Shown piece by piece: positions 1-9,400 of a stretch of 64,000 nucleotides of DNA. The notes under the pieces were generated by a model, which saw only the letters and a list, made by a program, of their open reading frames with translations, did no database searches and was not told where the DNA came from. Positions within the stretch are counted from its first letter, which is position 1. Each line of letters starts with the position of its first letter. The position numbers and the translations under genes were made by a program. Source of the stretch: Sandaracinaceae bacterium (lineage in GTDB: Bacteria; Myxococcota_A; Polyangia; Polyangiales; Houyiibacteriaceae); contig JACKEI010000008.1 in the NCBI GenBank assembly GCA_020633075.1, forward strand, positions 21,360 to 85,359, read 5' to 3'.

Positions 1-693
1 GCTGCGCGGCATGTGCAGCCTCTCGCCGCTGGCCGAGAGCAACGGATAGCGCGCCACCAGCGCGCCGCGCGTGTCCAGCACGAAGACCTCTGCGAGCCCT
101 GCGTCCAAGACCAGCAGGCGCCCCTGCGGGTCCAGCGCCAGCGAGCGCGGCAGGTTCCAGTCCGCGTGCGTGAACGAGGCCGACGCGGCGCCGCCGGCGA
201 TGGTCGCCGCTCCACCACGATAGACCTGCACGCGCTGGTTGAGCGCGTCGCTGACGTAGAGGGTGCCGTCCGCCCCCACCACCGCGTCGGAGGGGTAGTT
301 CAGCGCGTCACCGGAGGTACCATGCCCGCCGAGCTCGAAGACCAGCTCACCGCGGCTGTCGAAGTACAGGACGCGGGAGCTACCGCGGTCCACGACGAAG
401 ACGCCCCCGCGCGCGTCGAGCGCCGCCGCAATGGGGTAGTTGAAGCCGTCGCGCTCGCCGGAAGCCGCGCTGAGTGTGCGGGTGAAGCCGCCTGCGTCCG
501 TCAGCTGTACGCGGTTGCGCAGCGGGTCCAGGAGCGCACGACCGCCGAGCTCACCAAACACCTGGAACCCCTGGCTGGCGTCCGCCAGGACCGGCGCGGC
601 CAGCCCGTGGTGGCTCTCGCTGCAGCCCCATGCGGGCAGAAAGACGGAGGCCGCGCCGGCCGCCGAGAGCTTGAAGAAACTACGTCGTTCCAT
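1..693 (-). CDS. NHL-repeat beta-propeller protein with a twin-arginine (Tat) signal peptide. Partial: the 3' end runs off the window.
   Basis: Absent from the ORF track because no stop codon lies inside the window. My own reverse translation from the ATG at comp(693..691) gives MERRSFFKLSAAGAASVFLPAWG (an RRxFFK Tat motif plus hydrophobic core). This is followed by repeated YPxxxAxDxxGxxxVxDxxNxRV units typical of NHL blades. The frame stays open to position 1. Confidence 0.7.
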   Translation of the reverse strand, partial: MERRSFFKLSAAGAASVFLPAWGCSESHHGLAAPVLADASQGFQVFGELGGRALLDPLRNRVQLTDAGGFTRTLSAASGERDGFNYPIAAALDARGGVFVVDRGSSRVLYFDSRGELVFELGGHGTSGDALNYPSDAVVGADGTLYVSDALNQRVQVYRGGAATIAGGAASASFTHADWNLPRSLALDPQGRLLVLDAGLAEVFVLDTRGALVARYPLLSASGERLHMPRS

Positions 694-791
694 GTTCTTG
701 GACCCAATCGCGCTGCACTGAGGGTCCACTTTCACCGCCACGGGAGAAAGATGCAAGCATTTCCCCGCAGAATTGGGGCATGTACGGCTCG

Positions 792-1805
792 TCAGAGGCT
801 GCCGGGCGCGCTCTGCAGGGGGCAGTTCAGCAGGACGCCGGTCTCTTCGTGGCTCACGATGGCCCCAGGAATGGGCGTGATGCTGTAGTCCGCGATGTCG
901 ACGTCGAACATGTCGTGTGCCTCGCGGTAGTCCGACTGCCCCTGGTCTCCGAAGGTGTCGATCCCCTGGTACGCATCCGACACTTCGACCTGCACCACCT
1001 GCCACAGCGGGGTGTAGTCGAAGTCGTCGAGGTCGACCCCGAAGATGTTGCTGCTGTCGCGTTGGTCGCCGTCGCCGGTCAGGTCCAGCTCGCGCATGGG
1101 CTCACTGATGGGCAGCGCCTCGCCGCTGCGGCGCAGCACGTACACGTTGCGGACCGGCACGTCGGACTCCTCCAACAGACGGGCGCCGTGCGTCTCCGTG
1201 AAGTCGAAGGCGGTCACCTGGAACCCGCGCGCATAGACGCGCGTGGGCGCCGCGTACACGTCCTGATCCACCTCGAGACGGACGTCGTCGCCCACCACGA
1301 CAACGTGCGTGTAGCGCCCCGAGTCTTGCGGCGCCTCCAACAGGCCGCGCCGGACGCCCTCGCTGACCGCGTCGAAGCTGGGGAAGTGCCTGTCCATTCC
1401 CGAGCGACGCACCAGCACGCGCTCGAGCCGCACGAAGGGGGTGTAGCCGGGCTCACCGGGGAGGGTCTCCAACACCAGCGGATGCGGCGCGGGCGCACAC
1501 CCGGCGGCGCTCAGGGTCGTGCACAGCTGGTAGGCGCGCGCCGGGGCTCGGGTGTCGCCGGGCAGCGCCCAGTAGCGGACGTTCTCGCCGTTCGCGAACG
1601 CGGTGAAGCGCGGTTGATCGCCTTCGAGCGCGTCGCTGTCCCGCAGCTGCGTCGCGAGCGCAGGGTCGCTCTCGACAAAGGGAACGTCCCCTGCCGAGTC
1701 GCGGATCAACTCGCTCGAGGTCTCTTGGCAGCCCATGACCCCGCCCGCGAGCGCGAAGGTCGACAAGAACGCGAGTCTGAGACGAAGGGGCATCGGGCGG
1801 CTCAC
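792..1805 (-). CDS. Putative lipoprotein of unknown function
   Basis: 337-aa ORF. The N-terminus MSRPMPLRLRLAFLSTFALAGGVMGC has a signal peptide and a lipobox Cys. The codon at 1805 is GTG and overlaps the upstream stop. An alternative ATG at 1793 (MPLRLRL...) is equally plausible. I recognised no catalytic motifs. Confidence 0.7.
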   Translation of the reverse strand: MSRPMPLRLRLAFLSTFALAGGVMGCQETSSELIRDSAGDVPFVESDPALATQLRDSDALEGDQPRFTAFANGENVRYWALPGDTRAPARAYQLCTTLSAAGCAPAPHPLVLETLPGEPGYTPFVRLERVLVRRSGMDRHFPSFDAVSEGVRRGLLEAPQDSGRYTHVVVVGDDVRLEVDQDVYAAPTRVYARGFQVTAFDFTETHGARLLEESDVPVRNVYVLRRSGEALPISEPMRELDLTGDGDQRDSSNIFGVDLDDFDYTPLWQVVQVEVSDAYQGIDTFGDQGQSDYREAHDMFDVDIADYSITPIPGAIVSHEETGVLLNCPLQSAPGSL

Positions 1806-2713
1806 TCGGCCACTATAGACCGGTCTCTGCCCTCTTGCTTCGCGCGGTAGAGCGCTTGGTCCGCGCGCGCGAGCACGGCCTTGGCGGTCTCACCCGCCTC
1901 GATGACGGGCGCGATGCCACAAGAGAGGGTCTGTGCCCCGGCCGCCGTCGACGCGCTGAGCCGCGCGAACTCGGCGCGCAGGCGCTCCGCGAGCACCAGC
2001 GCTCCCTCCCCGGTCGTCTCGGGCAGGATCACCACGAACTCCTCGCCACCGAAGCGGAACGCGAGATCGCAGGTACGGATACGCGTGCGGAAGGTCTCGC
2101 CCGCCGCGCGCAAGACGTCGTCGCCCACTTCGTGGCCGTGCTCGTCGTTGACACGCTTGAAGTGGTCCGCGTCGAACAGAGCCAGCGACCACGGCCGTCG
2201 ATAGCGCCCACCTTCGGCCACGCGCTGCTGGAGGGCCGTCTCGAGCGCGTGGCGATTGCCGACGCCGGTGAGCGCGTCGACGGTGGCCTGCCGGTGCAGC
2301 GCCTCCGTCAGCCGCCGGATGCGCAGCATGGCGGTCACGCGCACACGCAGATCCAGGGTCGAGATGGGCTTCACCAAGAAGTCGTCCCCCCCCGCCTCCA
2401 GCGCCTTCTGCCTGGCCTGGTCGTCCGCACGGCCGGTGAGAAACACGATGGGCGTGTAAATGGTCCCGCGGGCGCGCACGAGCCGCGCCAGCTTGAAACC
2501 GTCGACCTTGGGCATGATCAAGTCCAGCAGCACCAGGTCGATGGTGTGGTCATAGGCCTGCAGCGCGCTGCTCCAGTCGTGCGCGACCACGGCCACGTGC
2601 CCCAGCTCCGCGAGCATCTCGGCGACGCGGGCGGTGATGAGCGGTTCGTCGTCGACGATGAGAATGCGCGCCCCTTGCTGATCGCGGGTGGCATCATCCA
2701 TGAGTGGAACCAT
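1802..2713 (-). CDS. Response regulator receiver - GGDEF diguanylate cyclase
   Basis: The receiver domain is ILIVDDEP...LVLLDLIMPKVDG...VFLTG...FLVKP. The GGDEF domain has an intact GGEEF motif, with an RxxD I-site (RTCD) 5 residues upstream. The 563-aa ORF-track entry is a read-through extension. I chose the ATG at 2713 (MVPLMDD...). Confidence 0.9.
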   Translation of the reverse strand: MVPLMDDATRDQQGARILIVDDEPLITARVAEMLAELGHVAVVAHDWSSALQAYDHTIDLVLLDLIMPKVDGFKLARLVRARGTIYTPIVFLTGRADDQARQKALEAGGDDFLVKPISTLDLRVRVTAMLRIRRLTEALHRQATVDALTGVGNRHALETALQQRVAEGGRYRRPWSLALFDADHFKRVNDEHGHEVGDDVLRAAGETFRTRIRTCDLAFRFGGEEFVVILPETTGEGALVLAERLRAEFARLSASTAAGAQTLSCGIAPVIEAGETAKAVLARADQALYRAKQEGRDRSIVAE

Positions 2714-2851
2714 GACCCCGCTTTTCTCATGCGCAGGCGATTCTAGATAGTGTTGCTTGCCAGGCGCGCCGCCGCGCTTGACCGGAGCCTCGCGCAGCCT
2801 CATTCCTGCGCGGCGTCTCTCACCCAGGGCCCTCCACCCCCCACCCCCGCG

Positions 2852-4084
2852 ATGACCGCACCCGAACTCAAAGCCTCCCGACACCTTGCCGACGTCAAAT
2901 ACGAGATCCGCGGGGCGCTGGCGCGGCGTGCCGACGAGCTCGAGCGCGACGGCTACGACATCGTGAAGCTGAACATCGGCAACCCCGGGGCGTTCGGCTT
3001 TCGGATGCCCGACACGATGCGCGTGGCCATGGTGCAGAACCTGCACCAGGCGGACCCCTACTCGCACCAGAAGGGCATCTTCCCGGCGCGTGAGGCCGTG
3101 GTCATGCAGCAGCAAGACCGAGGGATCATGGATGCCTCGGCCGACGACGTGTTCATCGGCAACGGCGTGTCCGAGCTGATCATGATGACCATGCGGGCGC
3201 TGCTGAACCCGGACGACGAGGTGCTGGTCCCCAGCCCGGACTATCCGCTGTGGACGGCCTCGGTGGTCATCCACGGCGCCAAGGCCGTGCACTACCCCTG
3301 CCGCCCCGAGAACGGCTTCGTGCCCGACCCGGCCGAGCTGGCCGCCCTGGTCACGCCGCGCACGCGCGCGATCGTGGTGATCAACCCCAACAACCCCACG
3401 GGCGCGGTCTACCCCCGTGCGGTGCTCACGCAGATCGCGGCGCTCGCGGAGCGCCACCACCTCGTGGTGTGCGCGGACGAGATCTACGACCACATGCTCT
3501 ACGACGACGCGGAGTACATCCCGCTCGCGACGCTGACGGACAAGACGCTCTGCATGACCTTCGGCGGGCTGAGCAAGATCTACCGCGCGTGCGGTCTGCG
3601 CGTGGGCTGGGTCTCGTTCACGGGCGAGAAGTCACGCGCGCGTGAGTACCTGCGCGCCGTGGACCTCCTGGCGAGCCTGCGGCTGTGCGCCAACGTTCCG
3701 GGGCAGTTCGCCGTCCAGACGGCGCTCGGCGGACGGCAGTCCATCGAGGACCTCATCCGGCCGGGGGGGCGCCTCTACGAGACGCGGCGCGCCATCCTCG
3801 AGTCGGTGGCCAAGAGCCCCTACATGTCCGTCGTGGCGCCTGCAGGCTCCATGTACGCGTTCATCCGGGTGGACACCGCGGCCTTCCCCGCAGGCTTCGA
3901 CGACGAGGAGTTCGCGCTCGCGCTGCTGGAGGAGAAGCACGTGCTGGTGGCTCCGGGCACCAGCTTCAACGTGCCCTACAAAGACCACTTCCGCGTGACG
4001 CTGCTGCCGCAACCAGACCAGATGCGCGAGGTGATGGGGCAGATCGACGCGCTCCTGGCCGACATGGCCGCAGAGCAGCGCTAG
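2852..4084 (+). CDS. alaA: Class I/II pyridoxal-phosphate aminotransferase, AlaA-type (glutamate-pyruvate aminotransferase)
   Basis: Collinear along its length with E. coli AlaA as I recall it: KYEIRG, LNIGNP..FGF, GNGVSELI, PSPDYPLWTA, INPNNPTGAVY, DEIYD, GLSK.YR.CG.R.GW, MRLCANVP.Q.A.QTALGG.QSI. The start is the ATG at 2852 (MTAPELK). The upstream part of the ORF is a GC-rich extension. Confidence 0.9.
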   Translation: MTAPELKASRHLADVKYEIRGALARRADELERDGYDIVKLNIGNPGAFGFRMPDTMRVAMVQNLHQADPYSHQKGIFPAREAVVMQQQDRGIMDASADDVFIGNGVSELIMMTMRALLNPDDEVLVPSPDYPLWTASVVIHGAKAVHYPCRPENGFVPDPAELAALVTPRTRAIVVINPNNPTGAVYPRAVLTQIAALAERHHLVVCADEIYDHMLYDDAEYIPLATLTDKTLCMTFGGLSKIYRACGLRVGWVSFTGEKSRAREYLRAVDLLASLRLCANVPGQFAVQTALGGRQSIEDLIRPGGRLYETRRAILESVAKSPYMSVVAPAGSMYAFIRVDTAAFPAGFDDEEFALALLEEKHVLVAPGTSFNVPYKDHFRVTLLPQPDQMREVMGQIDALLADMAAEQR

Positions 4085-4210
4085 CGCGGAGCGTCTCGTC
4101 CACAGGGCGCAGCCGCTGGCGATTTCCGCATCCGGCAGTGCCGTTGACACTGGATTATCACACGAGATTCCGGCACCTTCGGGGAAATTCATCGTCCTGC
4201 GAGGAACCCC

Positions 4211-6412
4211 ATGACCCAGCCGAGCCTCCCCCGCCCCACGGGCCGCCTTCGCGCGCGCCTGACCTTCGGCTGTGTCGCACTCGCCCTGGGGCTGCCGGGC
4301 AGCCTCGTCCTCTCGCCAGCCATCACGGCGGCTCAGAGCATCGCCGATGGCCCCGTGCAGGTGCAGCTGCGCGTGCGGGAGATCCGCACCACGGGAACTT
4401 CCACCGACCTAGCTTTCTTCGGCGTCGTCGGCGTCCCCGACGAGCAGACGTACTTCGTGCGTGCGCGGGACGCGAGCGATCTCGACGGTGCCGACTGGAC
4501 GGCTGGCACGGGCTGCATCACGCACAACTTCGACCCCCCCACCGTGACGCCCGACATCGGGACGGTGCTCTTCGACCACGTGTACCCGAGCGCCACACCC
4601 GACCGGCTTCAGATCGCGGTGGACGCCTGGGAAGACGACGCGCCGGACCAGCTGCTGGGCATCGCCTGCGGCGGCACGCGCTGCAGCTACGACACGGGCT
4701 TCTGCTGCGGTGGGTTCTTGTTCGGGAGCTGCCTCGGCGCCATCGACGACGACGACCTGCACTGCAACGCCGCTCCCTTCGCCGACATCGACTACCGGCT
4801 CGGCGACGCCTGCACGATCTACGACCACGGGTTCGTCAGCTCGCCCGTCGGAGGAAACTGCAGCCTCTACCAGCCGCGCATCGAGACCTTCTGGCGCTAC
4901 GCCAACGGCGACACCTTCGCGGCCCCCGTGGAGCTGGGCGCGCTCGCCGAGCTCGGCACGATTACCCACCAAAACAGTACGTCGACGAACTGCTACAGCG
5001 ACACCGACGCTGGCTCGGCGACCCCGGACATGTTCGCAGCGGTCGACGTGCCGGCTTCGCGCAGCGTCCGCGTGCGGGTGTGCACGGCGGGCGCGGGTCC
5101 GGGCATCGCCGTGTTCGACGGAGGCGGAACTCTCCTGGCCAGCAGCGCGGATGGCTGCATGCAACCCGTCGAGCTGGTGGCGTGCGCGGGGCGCTTGGTG
5201 GTCCGCGTGGACGCGGTCTCCGCAGCGGGCGAAACGTTCACGCTCACCGTGAGTGACTTGCCGGGCGTCAGCTACCCACTGGCGCAGTGCTGCGGCGGTG
5301 GGACCCCGGACCGCGGCGAAGACTGCGACGACGGCAACGCGGACGACACGGACACCTGCCGCAACAACTGCGAGAGCGCGCGCTGCGGAGACGGCGTTAT
5401 CCAGGCCGGTGTCGACACCTGCGATGACGGCCCCCTCAATGGCCTCCCGAATCAGTGCAACCTGACTTGCACGGGGAACACCCCCGCCACGTGCGGCAAC
5501 GGCGCGGTCGAAGTTGGAGAGAGCTGCGATGACGGTGCGAACAACGGCATGCCCAACAGCTGCGCCGCGGACTGCGGCGGACTGACCCCAGCCGTGTGCG
5601 GCAACGGAGTGACCGAGGTCGGCGAGCCATGCGACGACGGGACCGCGACGGCTGCATGCGACGCAGACTGCAGCATGGTGGTGTGCGGCGACGGAACCGT
5701 GAACGCGGCGGCCGGCGAGAGCTGCGACGACGGCGTCGACAACGGCACTCCGACGAACTGCAACTCGAGCTGCACCGGCGCCACACCCGCAACTTGCGGA
5801 AACGGAGCCGTGGAGAGCGGTGAGGCGTGCGACGACGCAGGGGAGTCGGCGACCTGCAACAGCGACTGCAGCACGGCTGCGTGCGGCGACGGCGTCCTGA
5901 ACGCCAGCGCCAGCGAAACCTGCGATGACGGCGCGGACAACGGGATGCCCGCGCGCTGTGCGCTGGACTGCTCCGGCGTGACCGCCAGCAGCTGCGGCAA
6001 CGGCGTGGTCGAGGTGGGTGAGCTCTGCGACACCGCCGGTGCGAGCGCTACCTGTGACGCCGACTGCACCATGGTCGTCTGCGGCGACGCAGAGGTGAAC
6101 TCGGCCGCGGGGGAGCTCTGCGATGACGGATCGGACAACGGGATGCCCGGGCGCTGCGCGGTGGACTGCGCGGGTCGCACCGCCCCCCGCTGCGGCGACG
6201 GCGCGCTCGACGCAGGCGAGGCCTGTGACGAAGGCAGCGACAACGGCACCGCCGACGGCGCCTGCAGCAGCAGCTGTCAGCTGGTGCTGCCGGCGCGCCT
6301 GAGCGGAGGCGCGTGCGCGCTGGTGCCTGGGTCCGCGACGCCGGGGTGGCCGCTGGGGCTAGCCGGGCTCGTGGGCGTAGGCTTCGTGTGGCGCCGCCGC
6401 CGCGCGCGCTGA
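4211..6412 (+). CDS. Secreted Cys-rich repeat protein with a MYXO-CTERM-like C-terminal sorting tail
   Basis: It begins with a signal peptide (RLRARLTFGCVALALGLPGSLVLSPAITAAQS). A ~350-aa N-terminal region follows and ends in a PPC-like beta-sandwich segment. Next come about 10 copies of a CG(N/D)G..E.GE.CDDG..NG.P..C...C unit. The tail is GGACALVPGS...LAGLVGVGFVWRRRRAR (Cys, then a hydrophobic helix, then an Arg cluster). A GAGGAA Shine-Dalgarno lies 5 nt before the ATG. Confidence 0.85.
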   Translation: MTQPSLPRPTGRLRARLTFGCVALALGLPGSLVLSPAITAAQSIADGPVQVQLRVREIRTTGTSTDLAFFGVVGVPDEQTYFVRARDASDLDGADWTAGTGCITHNFDPPTVTPDIGTVLFDHVYPSATPDRLQIAVDAWEDDAPDQLLGIACGGTRCSYDTGFCCGGFLFGSCLGAIDDDDLHCNAAPFADIDYRLGDACTIYDHGFVSSPVGGNCSLYQPRIETFWRYANGDTFAAPVELGALAELGTITHQNSTSTNCYSDTDAGSATPDMFAAVDVPASRSVRVRVCTAGAGPGIAVFDGGGTLLASSADGCMQPVELVACAGRLVVRVDAVSAAGETFTLTVSDLPGVSYPLAQCCGGGTPDRGEDCDDGNADDTDTCRNNCESARCGDGVIQAGVDTCDDGPLNGLPNQCNLTCTGNTPATCGNGAVEVGESCDDGANNGMPNSCAADCGGLTPAVCGNGVTEVGEPCDDGTATAACDADCSMVVCGDGTVNAAAGESCDDGVDNGTPTNCNSSCTGATPATCGNGAVESGEACDDAGESATCNSDCSTAACGDGVLNASASETCDDGADNGMPARCALDCSGVTASSCGNGVVEVGELCDTAGASATCDADCTMVVCGDAEVNSAAGELCDDGSDNGMPGRCAVDCAGRTAPRCGDGALDAGEACDEGSDNGTADGACSSSCQLVLPARLSGGACALVPGSATPGWPLGLAGLVGVGFVWRRRRAR
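5288..6286 (+). repeat. In-frame coding array of ~10 imperfect 29-37-codon Cys-rich repeats (Myxococcus-type cysteine-rich repeat)
   Basis: The motif CGNGAVEVGESCDDGANNGMPNSCAADCGG and its variants recur through the translation of 4211..6412. The repeats are imperfect at the DNA level. Confidence 0.8.
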
Positions 6413-6476
6413 GCCGGCGCATGGTCGACGCCGCGCCCGCACGGTGGCTGCGAGCGCCGCCCGCTGCCCGCCGCGC

Positions 6477-9400
6477 TCACACCGCGAGCTCGCGCGCCAG
6501 CGTGCGGAGGGCGACGTGCGCCGGCACGCACGCGCGCATGCGCTCACGCGCGGAGGCGTCCGGCACGGCGGCGAGATAGATCTCGAGGCGTTCCAGCCCC
6601 GAGCGCACGGCGACCGCGGCGCCCGTGACGTCCCCCGCCGCCCGCCGCGCCTCGGCCAGCGTGACATCCACGATGGCGTCGCTGCTCTCGGCGACCGCGA
6701 CGGGCACCCTGTCGACCGCGGCGCGCTCCACCAGCGCGAGCGCCTGCTGGACGTGCGCGCGCGCCAGGCACACCCGCGCCTGCCCCGCCAGGGCCAACCC
6801 GCGATGAAACGGGCTCCCCGCGAACCCAGCGGCCGCGGCGTCTGCGCAGCGCTCGGCCTGCTCGACCTGACCCAGCGCCAAGAGCACCTCCGTCAGGTAG
6901 TAGCAGGCGCCGGCAACGACGCTCGCGTGGCCGTGCTCGGCCCCACGCGCCTCCGCGTTCCGCAGCGTGGCGTGCGCGAGCTGCAGGTCGCCGTGCCGCA
7001 GCTGCGCGAGCCCCAGGTTCTGCAGCGCGAAGCCCTCGATCAGCGGAACGCCGAGCTCGGCCGAGTCGTCGACGGCGCGCCGGAGGACGTCCACCGCGCG
7101 CGCGAACTCGCCGACCTCCACCAGCCCGTAGCCCAGCCGCACGCGCTGGTTGCAGGCGTGGCGCAGGTCGCGCGCTTGGTCGTAGGCCTGCACGGCCCGC
7201 TCGGACTCACGCACGTAGGCGACCCAGTCACCGGCCACGTGCGCCCGCGCCGCGAAGGTGGTGTGCAGCCAGGCGGCCACGACGGGCCCGTCCACCCCGA
7301 GCTGGGCGGCGAGCGTGTGGGCGAGCGCGAGGAGGGCGTCCGCGTCTTGCAGGCGGCGCTGCCCGAGCCGCTGATGCGCCCCGCGGCAGAGCGCGATCAG
7401 ACGCAAGAGCGCAGCAGCCTCGTCGACCGCGGGCGTGTGGATGAGCTCCCGCAGCGCAGCGTCGAGCTCGTCGATGGCCCCAGACTGCCCCGCCGCCACG
7501 ATGCAGCACCCCAGCGCCCGGAAGTAGGCCTCGTGCCCGCGGGGCAGGGCCGGCAGGGCCTCGCGCACGTGTGCGAGTGAGGCGGCGTACGCGCCCAGCC
7601 AGCGGTGGGCCTCCGCCGCAACCAGCCGCAGTCGAGCCTGCATTCTCTGACGCTCGGCGTCACTCGGCTCCTGCGCGGCTGCACCCACCAACGCGAGCGC
7701 CCGCGCCACGAGCTCCACGGCCGCGTGGTGGTCCCCCGCCTCGAGGGCGCGTTCGGCCGCCTGCACGAGCGCAGCGCCCGCGCGCAGCGGCTCTCCCGCG
7801 CCCTGGTGGTGCGCGGCCAAGGTCAGCGGGTCGTCGATGCCCTGCTCCAGCAGCCACTCGCCGGCCAGCTGGTGCCCCAGGGTCCGGTCCTCCGCGGTGA
7901 GCGTGGCGTAGGCGGCCTCGCGCGTGAGCTCCTGGCGAAAGCGCCACGTCCACTCCGCGGGCACGTCGCGTTCGTCCACCAGCTCGATGAGCTCTTGCTC
8001 TGCGAGGTGCTCGAGGGTCGCGTCGGGGGCATCGGAGCGACCCAAGAGCCTGCCCACGGCGCCGCCCCAGAAGCGCACGCCGAACACGCTGGCCGCTCGC
8101 AGGACGCGGCGGGCGTCGGTGTCGAGCGACGCGAAGCGCGCTTGGAGCATGGCCAAGACCGTCTCGGGAAGCGCCTGCTGTGGCTTCTCCAGCGCCGAGC
8201 GCAGCATCTCCTCGAGGAAGAAGGGATTGCCGTCCGCGCGCTCGACGATGGACGCAACGACCTCACGCGAGATCGCTCCTCGACCGGCACCTGCGACCTG
8301 CGCCAGCACGCCCGACACGAGGTCCTCGCTGGCGCGCTTGGTCAGCTTGGTCAGGCGCAACACCTGGGGATGCGCGTCCGCCCACAGCGCCGGGGCCATG
8401 GCCTCGAGCTCCGGGCGTCCCACGGCGACGACGACCAGCGGCGCGCTCTCGAGCTGGCGCAACGCGTGGTGCAAGAGCTCACGCGAGGGGTGGTCCCCGT
8501 GCTGGAAGTCGTCCAGTACCAGCACGAGGGGGCCCTGCTGCGTCGCTGCGCGCAGCAGCTGCAGGGCCGCGCCACGGATGGCGTCGGACATGCTGGTAAC
8601 GTCCGTGCGCGCCGCCGCGAGGACCTCGCTGGCCTCGTTGGGAAAGGGGGCGCGCACCATCTCGGCGAGAAAGAAGAGCGCGTTCTGCAGCGCGGCGCCG
8701 GACAGGAAGCGCCCCAAGAACTGCGCGAGCTTGAGCTGCTTCACGGCCACCGGGTCCGCCTCGCGCAGCCCCGCAGCCCGACGCAGGAGGTCACCCATCA
8801 GCCCGTAGGGCGCTCCCCCGCGTGTGGCGTCGGCGCGCCCCTCCCAACGCAGCGGACGCGCGGACCCTGCCCGCGGCGCGCGCTCGTGGGCCGCACATGC
8901 CTCGCGCAGCAGGCGCGTCTTGCCGCTCCCTGCGCCCCCCACTACCACCAGGGCGCGCGCGACGGACTCCTCGGCGCTCTCGCGAAAGAGCGCGGCGAGA
9001 CCTTCGAGCTCACGGCGCCTCCCCACACACGGCACCTCGACACCCAGCAGGCGCCGGCTGGCGGCGCGGTCGACGTGCACGTCCACCAGCTCGAAGCGGT
9101 CCCCCGCGAGCGCGCGACACTCGAAGCGCGGCCCGAGCAGCCCTTCGATGACGGCGTCCACCAGCACGTGAGCCGCCTCTCCGCGCGCCGTGGCCTCGCG
9201 CCCGACGAGCAGCAGGGCCCCTCGGTCGAGGGCCTCCCCCAGCGGGACCACGCTGCTGAGCAGCGATTGCCCGGCCACGACCGCGATGGGCTTGCCCGCC
9301 ACGACGCCCCGCAGCGCCAGCGCGCAGCGCGCAGCACGCTGTGCTTGGTCGGTCGGCAGCTCCGTCGGGAAAGTCGCCACGAGCGCGCCGTCGCCCAAGA

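Noticed and set aside
1802-3493. Very long ORF-track versions of several genes (1802-3493, 10602-13727, 13776-15098, 14887-17277, 21297-23666, 24203-25873, 49187-52570, 57117-58493).
   Set aside because: The N-terminal extensions run through neighbouring genes or intergenic DNA and translate to junk. Internal starts give proper signal peptides or N-terminal motifs and sensible gene spacing or overlaps.
4144-4149. Perfect TTGACA hexamer 62 nt upstream of the MYXO-CTERM protein gene, considered as a -35 box.
   Set aside because: No acceptable -10 lies at a 16-18 nt spacing (only ATTCCG or TTCCGG), so I did not call it as a promoter.
5288-6286. Regularly spaced DNA repeats that might be mistaken for a CRISPR-like array or tandem satellite.
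   Set aside because: They are in-frame, imperfect protein-coding repeats (Cys-rich modules) inside one ORF. There are no unique spacers and no cas genes.
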